Origin: Bacteriovoracaceae bacterium
Lineage (GTDB): Bacteria > Bdellovibrionota > Bacteriovoracia > Bacteriovoracales > Bacteriovoracaceae
NCBI GenBank assembly: GCA_048270185.1
Contig: JBLWTJ010000002.1
Span: 512,001-576,000, forward strand
Direction of reading: 5' to 3'
Length of the DNA: 64,000 nucleotides
Positions within the stretch are counted from its first letter, which is position 1. Each line of letters starts with the position of its first letter. Position numbers and translations under genes: made by a program. The notes under the pieces are model-generated. The model searched no databases, had not been told where the DNA came from, and was given only the letters and a program-made list of their open reading frames with translations. Shown piece after piece: positions 20,205 to 30,946 of this stretch.

Positions 20205-23200
20205 ATGACACAAGAACCTGGACTCGATCTAGCAAAGAAATATTTTAATACCCTACTAACTTCCAAAGCAAGGAAGTTACTTAGCTATGGAAAGGTCTCT
20301 CTTTCATTTAAGAAAGGTAGTCTTGATGGTTATCTCATCACAACTGGTATTATCAAAGAAGATCGCCCTTATGAAGCCAAGGTTGTCTATAAGAAGAGAC
20401 TAGAAGGAACAGATGAGTCACCTCTAAGCTCTAATTGTGATTGTCTAGAGTGGACTGAAGATAAGCACTGCCACCACACGGCCGCTCTCTTTATGTACTA
20501 TCTTGCAACTAATCACGATCAAGCAGATACTGGCACACACCTACCTCCAATTGGTGGTTATGGTGTCTCTCCTCTTGAATACGGAACCATTATTAGTGGA
20601 CCTCATGAGCTTGAAAATGCACCACATGGACCGACTTACTCGACACTAAATTACTCGCTAACAAGTAAAAAAACCATTGAGTTTCCTATTCCAGAAAACC
20701 TCGATGGCCAAATCATATTTAATATTGCACCCAACAAAGAACAAAGAATCGACTTTCAAGATGATCTTAAATCGAGTATTCGTTTTGGTTTTAAGCCAAA
20801 TGACGATGACAAGATTCATCGTCACGTAAGTATTTTTGAGAGTCTTTATCTATTTGATTGGGACACAGGAAAACTCTATTCACTTCCGAGTGAAGTTAAA
20901 GAATTCTTCTCTTCTCTACGATCAAATATTAATGATTATAAAATTGACGATGCACTAAACCTGGCTTACTCAGAAAGGCTTGAAAAATATATACTCTTTG
21001 AAGTTGATGGCCAGCCATTCGATATTAGCAATATCAGTTCACCTGACTTGCGTATCTATATTAATAATTCTCAACGAAAAGGATATAACAATTTCTCTGT
21101 TGAGTTCTTTAATAAAGAAGATAAGAGGACGAGGCCACCTCAGTTCTTATCTTCACTGACTTTTGAAGGTGGATTTCTAAATTTATTCAGAAAGAAAATT
21201 GAAGCCTATCACTTCCTAAGAGAAGTTCAGCACTACTTTGAAACAGGACTTGATGGCTATAAGAAATCTCTTTCAGGTAAATCTAAAAAGTCATCTTGGA
21301 TTCGACTAATTTCTGAAGTTGTCAGTAAAGAATACACTCTAAGCTTTGACCACGAGAATAGAAAACTATACAAATACGACAATAAATTACAACGACTTCT
21401 TTTTAAAATTATGGTGACTGAATTTGGCGATCACTTCTTCCGTTATTCTTATCACTACAAAGACTCAAATGAAGTTATTTTCCAAGTTTCGATGTCTCAA
21501 ATTACTCAAGGTCTCTCTAAACTCTTTACGGTAACCAAGCCATACGGAGTAGAGATTTTCTACGATAATAATGAATTAAAGAATTGGAACTCTCGTATTC
21601 GCTTTGAGAGAAAGCAAATAGGCCGTTCAGGTTGGTTTGACTTAGAACTTGAGCTTGGAGAGATGGATCAAGAAGTTCTAAAGAATGTTGATCTCGATAA
21701 TAATATTGCCATTACTAAAGATGGTGTTGTTCTTTTAAATAATGAACAAAAAGATCTTTTGAAGTTTGTGCAAAAATACACGAAGTTTGAAGCTAAAGAA
21801 GAAATTCAAGATGGGAAATTTAAAAAGTTCATCCTGCCTTTTTCTCGTGCTCGTATTTTTGAACTATTTGAACTCAAGAAGATTGGCCTTGAAGGTGCCT
21901 TAACAGATGAAGAGATCGCACTTTGTGAAAGACTCCAAAATCTTGAAGGAATCCCTGACTACCCTATTTCTGAAAACCTTGGCTCAATTTTAAGACCTTA
22001 TCAAAAGACTGGTTTTAATTGGCTAAGCTTTCTCTATGAAAATAAACTTGGTGCCTGTCTGGCCGATGATATGGGTCTTGGTAAGACCATTCAAACAATT
22101 GCCTTTATCGAAAGTATTTACGACAAGATCGATAAGGTCCTAATTGTTTGCCCAGTCTCACTTCTTCTAAACTGGGAGAACGAGTTTAAAAAATTCTCAA
22201 ATATTGACGTTCATATCTTCCACGGAGCTGATCGTGAATTGCCAGAAGATTCAAATGCCAAGGTAATTCTAACGTCTTATGGAATCCTTAAAAGAGAATT
22301 AGAAGCTGAATTTGAAGAAACAAATTACGATATTCTCGTTCTTGACGAAGTTCAGCACTTAAAAAATATGAGATCTCTCGGTGCCCACTCGGCCCGTAAA
22401 ATCAATGCCGACTTTAGAATATGTCTTACAGGTACACCTGTTGAGAATGATCTTGCTGAATTCTTTAATATTATAGACTTAAGTATTCCAGGAATCTGGG
22501 GAGATCTGCGCTTCCTACGTTCTAGCTCGACTCCAAAGTCTCGAGTTTACGCAAGAAAGACAGCCGCTCCTTTTATCTTAAGAAGAACAAAGAGTCAGGT
22601 TCTCACAGATCTTCCTCCGAAGTTAGAAAATAATGTCTTACTAAGTTTTGATGATCATGAAGAGGAATTCTATAAGAATAAACTTCAATCAATTAAAGAC
22701 AATATTAACAACGCTCCTAAGAATAAGAAGTACGGAGAAATCCTAAAAGGTCTTCTCGAGCTAAGACAGAGTTGTCTATGGCAAAACCATAGCGGAAAGA
22801 CCACAAAGAATATTCGAAATCTTACTTCAACGAAAGTTGATTACCTAATGGAAAGTTTAGAACAGATTCAAGAAGAAGGTCACCAAGTGATTATCTTCTC
22901 TCAGTTCACAACATATCTTGATATTATCGGTTCGGCCTTTAATGAAAGATGTTGGAAATACTCTAGAATTGACGGCTCTCTTAATGTGAAGAAGAGACAG
23001 GCCGCAGTAGATGAGTTCCAAAGTGGTAATACAAAATTATTCCTCATCTCCCTAAAAGCCGGGGGTGTTGGTCTTAACTTAACAGCTGCAAGTTATGTTT
23101 TCATTATGGACCCATGGTGGAACCCAGCGGTTGAATCACAGGCCATTGACCGTGCTTATCGTATTGGACAAAAGAATACTCTCAACGTCTTTAGACCGAT

Positions 23201-23342
23201 TATCCAGGGTTCTGTTGAAGAGAAAGTTCTTAAGCTTCAAGAAATTAAACGAGAGCTTTTCAAAGAGCTTCTACCAGAAGATGACGAAGAGCTATTCAGC
23301 GGAAAACTCACAATGAAGGATTTCGAAGAATTATTTAACTAG
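20205..23342 (+). CDS. SWIM zinc-finger SNF2-family helicase
   Basis: CDC-x8-CHH SWIM motif, LADDMGLGKT, DEVQ, LTGTPVEN, LRRTK, GGVGLNLT and QAIDRAYRIGQ. Confidence 0.93.
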   Translation: MTQEPGLDLAKKYFNTLLTSKARKLLSYGKVSLSFKKGSLDGYLITTGIIKEDRPYEAKVVYKKRLEGTDESPLSSNCDCLEWTEDKHCHHTAALFMYYLATNHDQADTGTHLPPIGGYGVSPLEYGTIISGPHELENAPHGPTYSTLNYSLTSKKTIEFPIPENLDGQIIFNIAPNKEQRIDFQDDLKSSIRFGFKPNDDDKIHRHVSIFESLYLFDWDTGKLYSLPSEVKEFFSSLRSNINDYKIDDALNLAYSERLEKYILFEVDGQPFDISNISSPDLRIYINNSQRKGYNNFSVEFFNKEDKRTRPPQFLSSLTFEGGFLNLFRKKIEAYHFLREVQHYFETGLDGYKKSLSGKSKKSSWIRLISEVVSKEYTLSFDHENRKLYKYDNKLQRLLFKIMVTEFGDHFFRYSYHYKDSNEVIFQVSMSQITQGLSKLFTVTKPYGVEIFYDNNELKNWNSRIRFERKQIGRSGWFDLELELGEMDQEVLKNVDLDNNIAITKDGVVLLNNEQKDLLKFVQKYTKFEAKEEIQDGKFKKFILPFSRARIFELFELKKIGLEGALTDEEIALCERLQNLEGIPDYPISENLGSILRPYQKTGFNWLSFLYENKLGACLADDMGLGKTIQTIAFIESIYDKIDKVLIVCPVSLLLNWENEFKKFSNIDVHIFHGADRELPEDSNAKVILTSYGILKRELEAEFEETNYDILVLDEVQHLKNMRSLGAHSARKINADFRICLTGTPVENDLAEFFNIIDLSIPGIWGDLRFLRSSSTPKSRVYARKTAAPFILRRTKSQVLTDLPPKLENNVLLSFDDHEEEFYKNKLQSIKDNINNAPKNKKYGEILKGLLELRQSCLWQNHSGKTTKNIRNLTSTKVDYLMESLEQIQEEGHQVIIFSQFTTYLDIIGSAFNERCWKYSRIDGSLNVKKRQAAVDEFQSGNTKLFLISLKAGGVGLNLTAASYVFIMDPWWNPAVESQAIDRAYRIGQKNTLNVFRPIIQGSVEEKVLKLQEIKRELFKELLPEDDEELFSGKLTMKDFEELFN

Positions 23343-23343
23343 T

Positions 23344-24081
23344 TTACTTTACTAGGCGATTCACTTCTGCGTGAATAATTTCCTTCAATTCATCTCGGCA
23401 AAAGATAAATGGGCCTTTTAGAAGTATCTCTGAAAGATCTTTAATTTCATCAGAATAAATACCTCGAGAATGACAGATAACAACTCCTGCAGCAATATCC
23501 CAAATATTCTTATCACGAAATGAGATAACACACTCACAAGCACCAGTTGCAAGAAGCCCGAGCTTAAAGGCAATTGAGCCGAGAGGAGAAATTCTTAGAT
23601 CGTTATTAAAGTCCATATTCTGGGCACTCTTCTCCCACTCAGATCGTGAGATCATAATATTGATCGCATCAGCATGAGAGTGTCGATTTCCAAGAGGATA
23701 TTTCACTTCATTTGTAACTTCAAATCCAGTGAATGGATTATAAATCCAACCAAAATTTCTTTCATCTTTAATATCAGCAGAAAAAAGAATGGCCAACGAA
23801 ACAGCACATTCACCGTACCCCTTGGCAAACTCTCTCGTCCCATCAATTGGGTCTAGGACAATTACTGGAAATTCAAAATTTTCTTGGTCTTCTTCTGAAA
23901 AGAAATTGAAGTCATGATTTGAATCTTTAAATACTTTTTTGACATGATCTGAAACAAAGATATCAAACTCCGTAACAATACTACGGTCGGCCTTTCTCTC
24001 AATGGACATATCACCCCAGTCTAAATTCTCTAATTTATGGTGAATGCCACGTTTTATTTCTTCAATTTCATTGCGATACAT
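23344..24081 (-). CDS. Inositol monophosphatase/CysQ-family phosphatase
   Basis: SEE, LDPIDGT and WDIAAG motifs. Confidence 0.88.
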   Translation of the reverse strand: MYRNEIEEIKRGIHHKLENLDWGDMSIERKADRSIVTEFDIFVSDHVKKVFKDSNHDFNFFSEEDQENFEFPVIVLDPIDGTREFAKGYGECAVSLAILFSADIKDERNFGWIYNPFTGFEVTNEVKYPLGNRHSHADAINIMISRSEWEKSAQNMDFNNDLRISPLGSIAFKLGLLATGACECVISFRDKNIWDIAAGVVICHSRGIYSDEIKDLSEILLKGPFIFCRDELKEIIHAEVNRLVK

Positions 24082-24096
24082 TTATAGGCCCAATCA

Positions 24097-24981
24097 TTAT
24101 CTTATATGAAAGACAAATTCGTGTTTGAAAGTCTTCTCTTGTTCAAGATCAATTAATCCTTCTTTCATATAGAAGTCATTATTTGAATCAAAAGCATCCG
24201 TTACCCCAAATGATGGGGCGATACGAACAAAGCTCGCATCAGGATAAGTCCATATCGAAAGATAAGGAATATTTCCAAAATCAATATTTACTGATTTCTC
24301 ATTTAATAAATTTTTAAGAGAGACACCTTGAGACTTAATATCTTTAAAGATCATCTCGCCTCCGCGAAAGTTCTCTTGAGTAAAGAAGACTCTTCTGTTT
24401 TGAACTACTTTCTTATTATCGGCATCATGAAAATTAACTAATTCATTTTCAACAAAGTATGCACCCCTTTCTTCTTCAGAAGAAAATTCAACAAAACAAT
24501 CCTCATGACCCTCAGGACCTAATGGAACATTGAATGTTGGAGCAAAGCCAAGAGAGAAGAACATCTCTTTCTTATCCAGGTTCTTAATGGAAAAGGAGAC
24601 CGTAAGTTTTGGGCCGTAAACTAAATATGTAATTTCAATTGAATAGCGAAATGGAAAAATCAACTCTGTATCTGCATTACTTGAATGAACAAAGGTTATG
24701 CGGTCCTTTCTTTGATTTTTAACCTCAAATTTAAAGTCTTTAAGATAGCCACCCTTTTGCATTCGGTAGAACTTGCGTCCAAGCCAATACTGATCATCCC
24801 TAAGCTTTCCTACAATAGGAAACATCACTTGTGGACGCCATGGGTTAAGAGTTGGGTGACCTTGCCAGAGATATTCCACACAAGATTCAAGATCATAAAT
24901 CGATAAAAGCCCGGCACCAGAGTCCGTTACCGATACTCTAATGAACTCACTTTCTAAATGGAAAACGCGATCCTTGGCCAT
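24097..24981 (-). CDS. Aldose 1-epimerase (LacX-like) fold protein with catalytic residues apparently lost
   Basis: EYLWQG, FPIVGKL, FPF and MFFSLG scaffold. The HGF, HP and IEP motifs appear replaced. Confidence 0.75.
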   Translation of the reverse strand: MAKDRVFHLESEFIRVSVTDSGAGLLSIYDLESCVEYLWQGHPTLNPWRPQVMFPIVGKLRDDQYWLGRKFYRMQKGGYLKDFKFEVKNQRKDRITFVHSSNADTELIFPFRYSIEITYLVYGPKLTVSFSIKNLDKKEMFFSLGFAPTFNVPLGPEGHEDCFVEFSSEEERGAYFVENELVNFHDADNKKVVQNRRVFFTQENFRGGEMIFKDIKSQGVSLKNLLNEKSVNIDFGNIPYLSIWTYPDASFVRIAPSFGVTDAFDSNNDFYMKEGLIDLEQEKTFKHEFVFHIR

Positions 24982-25320
24982 TTGATTTCCCCTAACTCTA
25001 TTCTAACAGCTTTTTTTCTCTCGTGGAACAGCTAAGCACTTAATACTAGGTGAATCTTTCCAGATTGGGATAGATCACACTTTGCACATTGAGAAAAACT
25101 CAGCATTTGGCCCAATATCGCCTAAAACCTCTTTAAGAAAACGCAATTTTGATTCAATAAATTTTGATCAAATTGTCCTGTCTCTTGTCCCTAAAATATC
25201 CACACAAATTAATTCATTCGAATTAGCCTAAGGCCCCAAAAAAAGGGGCCCTCACCTTTTCTTATTGTCTCTAAATAGCTAGAATATGGTTATCATTTTT
25301 TTAATAGGGAAATTAGTATA

Positions 25321-26265
25321 ATGAAAGTAATTGAGCACATCGACAAGGCCACAAATCCTCTTTTTAGTTTTGAAATTGTTCCACCTCCAAGGGGGAAGAA
25401 TATCTCTGCAGTAACAGATATCGTCAAAGAACTTCTACCGTTTAATCCATCTTGGATTGATGTAACTGCCCACTCAGCTGGAGCATATTACAATGAGAAT
25501 ACTGATGGATCAGTTGAGAGAAAAATCTACAAAAAAAGACCTGGTACAGTAGGAATTTGTGGTGTTATTCAAAATCGATTTAAAATTGATACAGTAACTC
25601 ACCTACTCACTCAAGGTTTTACCAAAGAAGAAACTGAAGATGCTCTCATCGAGTTAAATTACTTAGGTATTCACAATGTCTTAGCTCTTAGAGGTGATGC
25701 CCTAAATTATAATAAGAAATATGATCAATCACGTCAGAGAAATTTCTATGCGAAAGATCTAGTAGCACAAATTGATAATGTAAAAAAAGGAATCTACTTA
25801 GATGAAATCTCAAATAGCCTTCCTCTGGACTTCTCTGTTGGTGTAGCAGGTTACCCTGAAAAACACTTCGAAGCACCAAACCTATCAATGGACATAAAGC
25901 ATCTAAAGGAAAAAGTTGATGCTGGAGCTGACTATATCGTGACACAAATGTTCTTTGATAATTCAAAGTATTTTGAATTTGTGGACAAATGCCGTGAAGC
26001 AGGAATTAATTGTCCAATCGTTCCAGGAATCAAAGTTATCAAAAAAATGAATCAGCTCTCTAATGTTCCAAGACACTTCTACGTGGACTTTCCTGATGAG
26101 TTTGTTGCTGAAATTCACGAAAGCCCTGAGCACATTAAAGAGATTGGAATTAAGTGGGCAAGAAAGCAAACAGAAGAATTACTAAATGCCAATGTGCCTT
26201 CAGTTCATTTCTACGTTATGAATGACTGCGACTCAGTAACAAAAGTATTAAAAGGTTATTACTAA
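25321..26265 (+). CDS. metF: 5,10-methylenetetrahydrofolate reductase
   Basis: FSFEIVPP, LALRGD, VAGYPEKH, KVDAGADYIVTQMFFD and HFYVMN. Confidence 0.95.
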   Translation: MKVIEHIDKATNPLFSFEIVPPPRGKNISAVTDIVKELLPFNPSWIDVTAHSAGAYYNENTDGSVERKIYKKRPGTVGICGVIQNRFKIDTVTHLLTQGFTKEETEDALIELNYLGIHNVLALRGDALNYNKKYDQSRQRNFYAKDLVAQIDNVKKGIYLDEISNSLPLDFSVGVAGYPEKHFEAPNLSMDIKHLKEKVDAGADYIVTQMFFDNSKYFEFVDKCREAGINCPIVPGIKVIKKMNQLSNVPRHFYVDFPDEFVAEIHESPEHIKEIGIKWARKQTEELLNANVPSVHFYVMNDCDSVTKVLKGYY

Positions 26266-29200
26266 ATGAAAGATATTCGCAGCGAATTAGAAGCTAAAGT
26301 AAAAGATAGAATCCTCTTTCTTGATGGGGCCATGGGAACAATGGTTCAACAATACCACTTATCAGAAGATGATTTCCGAGGTGACTTATTTAAAGAAACA
26401 AAGATCGACCTCAAAGGAAATAACGATCTTCTCAATCTTACAAAACCAGAAGTCATTAAAGAGATTCACACAAAGTATCTTGCTGCTGGTTCAGATATAA
26501 TTGAAACAAATACATTCTCAGCAACTCGTATCGCTCAAGATGATTATGCTCTTAGCGAATATGCATATGATATTAATGTTGCTGCGGCAAAACTAGCAAA
26601 AGAAGCCTGTGTAGAATTTATGAAGGAAAATCCTGATCGCACTTGCTATGTAGCAGGAGCGCTTGGGCCAACAAATAAAACGGCCTCGATTTCACCAGAT
26701 GTAAATAACCCAGCTTTTCGAGGTGTTACATTTGATGAACTTGTTGATAATTACTACGAACAAACAAAGGGACTCATTATAGGGGGAGCCGATATCCTTC
26801 TTGCAGAAACTTCATTTGACACCCTAAATCTTAAGGCCGCTATTTTTGCCATGAGAAAGTATCTTGATGAAAATAATCTCAATACACCTATTATGCTTTC
26901 TGTAACAATAACTGATGCTTCAGGAAGAACTCTTTCAGGTCAAACGGTTGAGGCCTTCTGGAACTCGATCGAACATGCTAGGCCATTTAGTGTTGGTATT
27001 AACTGCGCCCTTGGTGCAAGTGAGATGCGTCCATATATTGAAGAATTATCAAGAGTCTCTGATTGCTTCATTTCTTGTTATCCGAATGCCGGACTTCCTA
27101 ATCCACTAAGTGATACGGGATATGATGAAAAGCCAAATGAAACAGCAGCTCTTCTTGAGGAATTTGCTGAGTCAGGACTTGTTAATATTGTCGGTGGTTG
27201 TTGTGGAACAACACCAGATCATATCAACGCCATATATAACCATCTAAAAGATATTTCACCGCGACCAACTCATAAACTACCAATGACTCAACGACTATCT
27301 GGTCTTGAGCCATTAAATCTCGACTACACAGGAGAGAGAACATTTATCATGGTTGGAGAAAGAACCAATGTAACGGGTTCACCTCGCTTTGCCAGACTCA
27401 TTCGCGAAGAAAATTTTGAAGCGGCACTCGATATAGCTCGTCAACAAGTTGAAAACGGCGCCAATATTATCGACGTTAACTTTGATGAAGGACTTCTGGA
27501 TTCGAAAGCCTGTATGGTGAAATTCTTAAATCTCATTGCATCAGAGCCTGATATTTGTAAAGTTCCAATTATGATCGACTCTTCTAAGTGGGAAGTTATC
27601 GAAGCGGGACTAAAGTGTGTTCAAGGGAAAGGGATTGTTAACTCAATTTCTCTTAAAGAAGGTGAAGAGAAGTTTAAAGAGCATGCTCGTATCATTCTTG
27701 AATACGGAGCGGCCGTTGTTGTCATGGCCTTTGACGAAAAAGGACAAGCGGCAACAAAAGAAGAAAAAGTTTCAATTTGTCAGCGAGCTTTTAAAATCCT
27801 AACAGAAGAAGTTGGCTTTCCGGCCACTGATATTATCTTTGACCCAAATGTTCTGACTGTTGGAACAGGAATCGAAGAACATAATGATTATGCTATAAAC
27901 TTCATTGAAGCAGTTCGTGAAATTAAAGAGAAATGCCCAGGAGCACTCACAAGTGGTGGGATCTCAAATATTTCATTCTCATTTCGTGGAAATAATATTG
28001 TCCGCGAGGCCATGCATAGCTCATTCCTCTTTCACGCCATTAAAGCAGGACTTGATATGGGAATTGTTAACGCTGGTATGCTTGAGGTTTACGAAAATGT
28101 TAAACCAGAGCTGATGGAGAAAATTGAGAATGTTCTCTTTAATAAATCGCCAGATGCAACGGATGAGCTTATTGATTATGCCGAACAATTTAAAGGCGTT
28201 AAAACAAAATCAAAAGAAGATGATCTCGCATGGCGAGAGCTACCTCTTCGCGAGCGCATCTCTCACTCTCTTGTTAAAGGTATTGGAAAATTCATTAACG
28301 AAGATGTCGAGGAAGCAAGACAAGAGCTTGGTATCCCACTAAATGTTATCGAAGGTCCCTTAATGGACGGGATGAAAATTGTTGGTGACTTATTTGGTGC
28401 TGGAAAGATGTTCCTTCCTCAGGTTGTTAAAAGTGCTCGTGTTATGAAGCAGGCCGTAGCCTACCTTGAACCATTTATGGAAAAGGATGCTGATGGGAAT
28501 AGTAAGAAGAATACTTTTCTTATTGCGACAGTAAAAGGTGACGTTCACGATATTGGAAAAAATATTGTGGGAGTTGTACTTGCTTGTAACGGCTATAACG
28601 TTGTTGATTTAGGTGTTATGGTAAGCTGTGAAGATATTATTAAAGCGGCTAAAGAACACAATGCCAAAATTATTGGTCTTAGTGGACTGATCACTCCTTC
28701 ACTTGATGAGATGATTCACAATGTTGCTGAGTTTAATCGTCAAGGCCTTGATATCCCTGTACTCATTGGGGGGGCCACAACAAGCCGAACACATACGGCA
28801 GTAAAGATTGCGCCAGAGAGTACAAGTCCGGTTGTCCACGTTATTGATGCCTCTCAGACAGTGGGAATTTGTAATAGTCTTCTAAGTGAAAACCTCAGAG
28901 AGAATTTCTTAAAAGACCTTAAAGAAAAACAGAAACAAACAAAAGAATACTTTGAAAGTAAGAGAGATAATGGAAATGCCACAATCACTCTAGAAGAAGC
29001 ACGTAATCACAATCGTGTGGACCCAGCGAAGACATTTGAAGAATTCACTCCAGAGTTTGTCGGAGTAAAAGCTTTTGACGATATCGAGCTTAGTGAGATT
29101 GCAAAGTATATCGACTGGTCACCATTCTTTTGGACTTGGCAGCTTAAAGGTCTCTACCCCCATATTCTTTCACATAAAGATTATGGTGAAGAGGCAAAGA

Positions 29201-29937
29201 ACCTTTATAACGATGCTCAAAAAGTATTAGAAGATATTATCAAGAATAAGAGATTTAAGCCCAAAGCCGTTCTTGGATTCTGGCCTGCTTATTCTGATGA
29301 AGAGAAAGTTATTCTTCTTGATGAAAATAAGAATGAATTTGGTACTTTTAACTTCCTAAGACAGCAAAAAGCTAAGACACAAGAGGATCGTCCTTATCTT
29401 TCACTTGCGGACTACATCTTACCTAAAGGTGATAAGCAAGATTATATCGGAAGCTTTGTCGTAACAATGGGCAAAGAAGTTGAAGAATACTCTAAAGTCT
29501 TTGAAAATGAAGGTGATGATTATAATTCAATTATGATCAAGGCCGTTGGTGATCGACTAGCAGAAGCTTATGCCGAGCTAATTCACAAGAAGGCCCGAGA
29601 GTACTGTGGAATTGAGGATGCTGAATTTACTGTCGAAGAACTTATTAAAGAAAAATATACCGGAATTCGTCCAGCGGCGGGATATCCGGCTTGCCCTGAT
29701 CACACTGAAAAAAGTAAGCTTTGGGAATACTTAAATGTTGAAGAGCACACTGGTGCAATCCTAACTGAAAACTACGCTATGTATCCTGCGAGTTCTGTAT
29801 CAGGCTATATTTTCTTTAACCCAGGAGCGAAGTATTTTAACATCTTGAATATAGGTGAAGATCAAATTGAATTATATTCAAAAGAGAAAGATCAACCTAT
29901 TGAAGAAACAAAGAAATGGTTAAGGCCGATTTTATAA
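26266..29937 (+). CDS. metH: Cobalamin-dependent methionine synthase
   Basis: [29 protein letters not shown]12-binding DVHDIGKN and [14 protein letters not shown]. Confidence 0.98.
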   Translation: MKDIRSELEAKVKDRILFLDGAMGTMVQQYHLSEDDFRGDLFKETKIDLKGNNDLLNLTKPEVIKEIHTKYLAAGSDIIETNTFSATRIAQDDYALSEYAYDINVAAAKLAKEACVEFMKENPDRTCYVAGALGPTNKTASISPDVNNPAFRGVTFDELVDNYYEQTKGLIIGGADILLAETSFDTLNLKAAIFAMRKYLDENNLNTPIMLSVTITDASGRTLSGQTVEAFWNSIEHARPFSVGINCALGASEMRPYIEELSRVSDCFISCYPNAGLPNPLSDTGYDEKPNETAALLEEFAESGLVNIVGGCCGTTPDHINAIYNHLKDISPRPTHKLPMTQRLSGLEPLNLDYTGERTFIMVGERTNVTGSPRFARLIREENFEAALDIARQQVENGANIIDVNFDEGLLDSKACMVKFLNLIASEPDICKVPIMIDSSKWEVIEAGLKCVQGKGIVNSISLKEGEEKFKEHARIILEYGAAVVVMAFDEKGQAATKEEKVSICQRAFKILTEEVGFPATDIIFDPNVLTVGTGIEEHNDYAINFIEAVREIKEKCPGALTSGGISNISFSFRGNNIVREAMHSSFLFHAIKAGLDMGIVNAGMLEVYENVKPELMEKIENVLFNKSPDATDELIDYAEQFKGVKTKSKEDDLAWRELPLRERISHSLVKGIGKFINEDVEEARQELGIPLNVIEGPLMDGMKIVGDLFGAGKMFLPQVVKSARVMKQAVAYLEPFMEKDADGNSKKNTFLIATVKGDVHDIGKNIVGVVLACNGYNVVDLGVMVSCEDIIKAAKEHNAKIIGLSGLITPSLDEMIHNVAEFNRQGLDIPVLIGGATTSRTHTAVKIAPESTSPVVHVIDASQTVGICNSLLSENLRENFLKDLKEKQKQTKEYFESKRDNGNATITLEEARNHNRVDPAKTFEEFTPEFVGVKAFDDIELSEIAKYIDWSPFFWTWQLKGLYPHILSHKDYGEEAKNLYNDAQKVLEDIIKNKRFKPKAVLGFWPAYSDEEKVILLDENKNEFGTFNFLRQQKAKTQEDRPYLSLADYILPKGDKQDYIGSFVVTMGKEVEEYSKVFENEGDDYNSIMIKAVGDRLAEAYAELIHKKAREYCGIEDAEFTVEELIKEKYTGIRPAAGYPACPDHTEKSKLWEYLNVEEHTGAILTENYAMYPASSVSGYIFFNPGAKYFNILNIGEDQIELYSKEKDQPIEETKKWLRPIL

Positions 29938-29946
29938 GGTTAATAA

Positions 29947-30927
29947 ATGCATATTTGTATCCATCACCACACAGCTCTTCCAGTTAAAACATACGGCGGT
30001 GTCGAACGCCTTGTTTTCTGGCACATGAAAGAACTAATTAATTTTGGCCATCAAGTTACTTTTATCGGTCCGGCCGAAAGTGAAGTAACAGAATATGGCA
30101 TTAAGCATATTCCTTGGAAGAAAGGACAAGACTGGCAACAGCTTGTTCCAGATAACACTGATGTTATTCATCAATTCTTTCATGATGATATAAAGCTCGA
30201 TATTCCTTATCTCATAAATATTGGAGGTAATGGTCAACCAGGTGAAAAGTTTGATCGAAATACAGTCTTTGTTTCAAAGTCACATGCTCTTCATCATGGT
30301 TCAGATAGTTATGTAAATAATTGTCTCGATATGAGTGAGTACCCTGCAGACTATAAAGAAAGTAAAATTACAGATATTAAAAGTCTTCTATTTTTGGCCA
30401 AAGCATCTTGGCGCGTGAAGAACCTCGATCAATCAGTAAAAATAGCGAGGAAAACAGGTAAACACCTTCATATCTGTGGAGGAGGATCAAAATTCTTTGG
30501 TTGGCACCCTCTTATTCACAATCACGGAATGGTTGGTGGAGCCGAGAAAATGAACTATATGCGTGAATGTGATGCTCTCCTCTTTGCTGTTCGTTGGCAC
30601 GAGCCATTTGGGCTTGCAATTATTGAGGCCATGACTCAGGGGATGCCTGTCTTTGGCTCTAAATTTGGCTCGCTACCCGATTTAATTGCACCTGGAACAG
30701 GTCGTACATTCTACTCTCATGAAGAGATTATTGAATACTTTAATACAACTAAAGATGTGTACGATCGTGATTACATTCGAAAATATGCCATTGATAATTT
30801 TTCAATGAAAAAATTTACTTCAGAGTTTATTGAAAAATATAAGATTGTCATGTCTGGAGAAAAGCTTAATAAAGATAACCCAGAATGGGCACATCCTTTT
30901 AGGGCAGGAAAAAGGCTACCTTTCTAG
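29947..30927 (+). CDS. GT4 glycosyltransferase
   Basis: LPVKTYGGVER and EPFGLAIIEAM...G.PV motifs. Confidence 0.88.
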   Translation: MHICIHHHTALPVKTYGGVERLVFWHMKELINFGHQVTFIGPAESEVTEYGIKHIPWKKGQDWQQLVPDNTDVIHQFFHDDIKLDIPYLINIGGNGQPGEKFDRNTVFVSKSHALHHGSDSYVNNCLDMSEYPADYKESKITDIKSLLFLAKASWRVKNLDQSVKIARKTGKHLHICGGGSKFFGWHPLIHNHGMVGGAEKMNYMRECDALLFAVRWHEPFGLAIIEAMTQGMPVFGSKFGSLPDLIAPGTGRTFYSHEEIIEYFNTTKDVYDRDYIRKYAIDNFSMKKFTSEFIEKYKIVMSGEKLNKDNPEWAHPFRAGKRLPF

Positions 30928-30939
30928 GTAGGTAGCCTT
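30912..30939. terminator. Hairpin between the convergent GT4 and msbA genes
   Basis: AAGGCTACCT-N8-AGGTAGCCTT. Confidence 0.6.
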
Positions 30940-30946
30940 AATTATT

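Noticed and set aside
20205..23342. SNF2 helicase as an anti-phage defence gene
   Set aside because: Ordinary SWIM-SNF2 architecture in housekeeping context with no defence partners nearby
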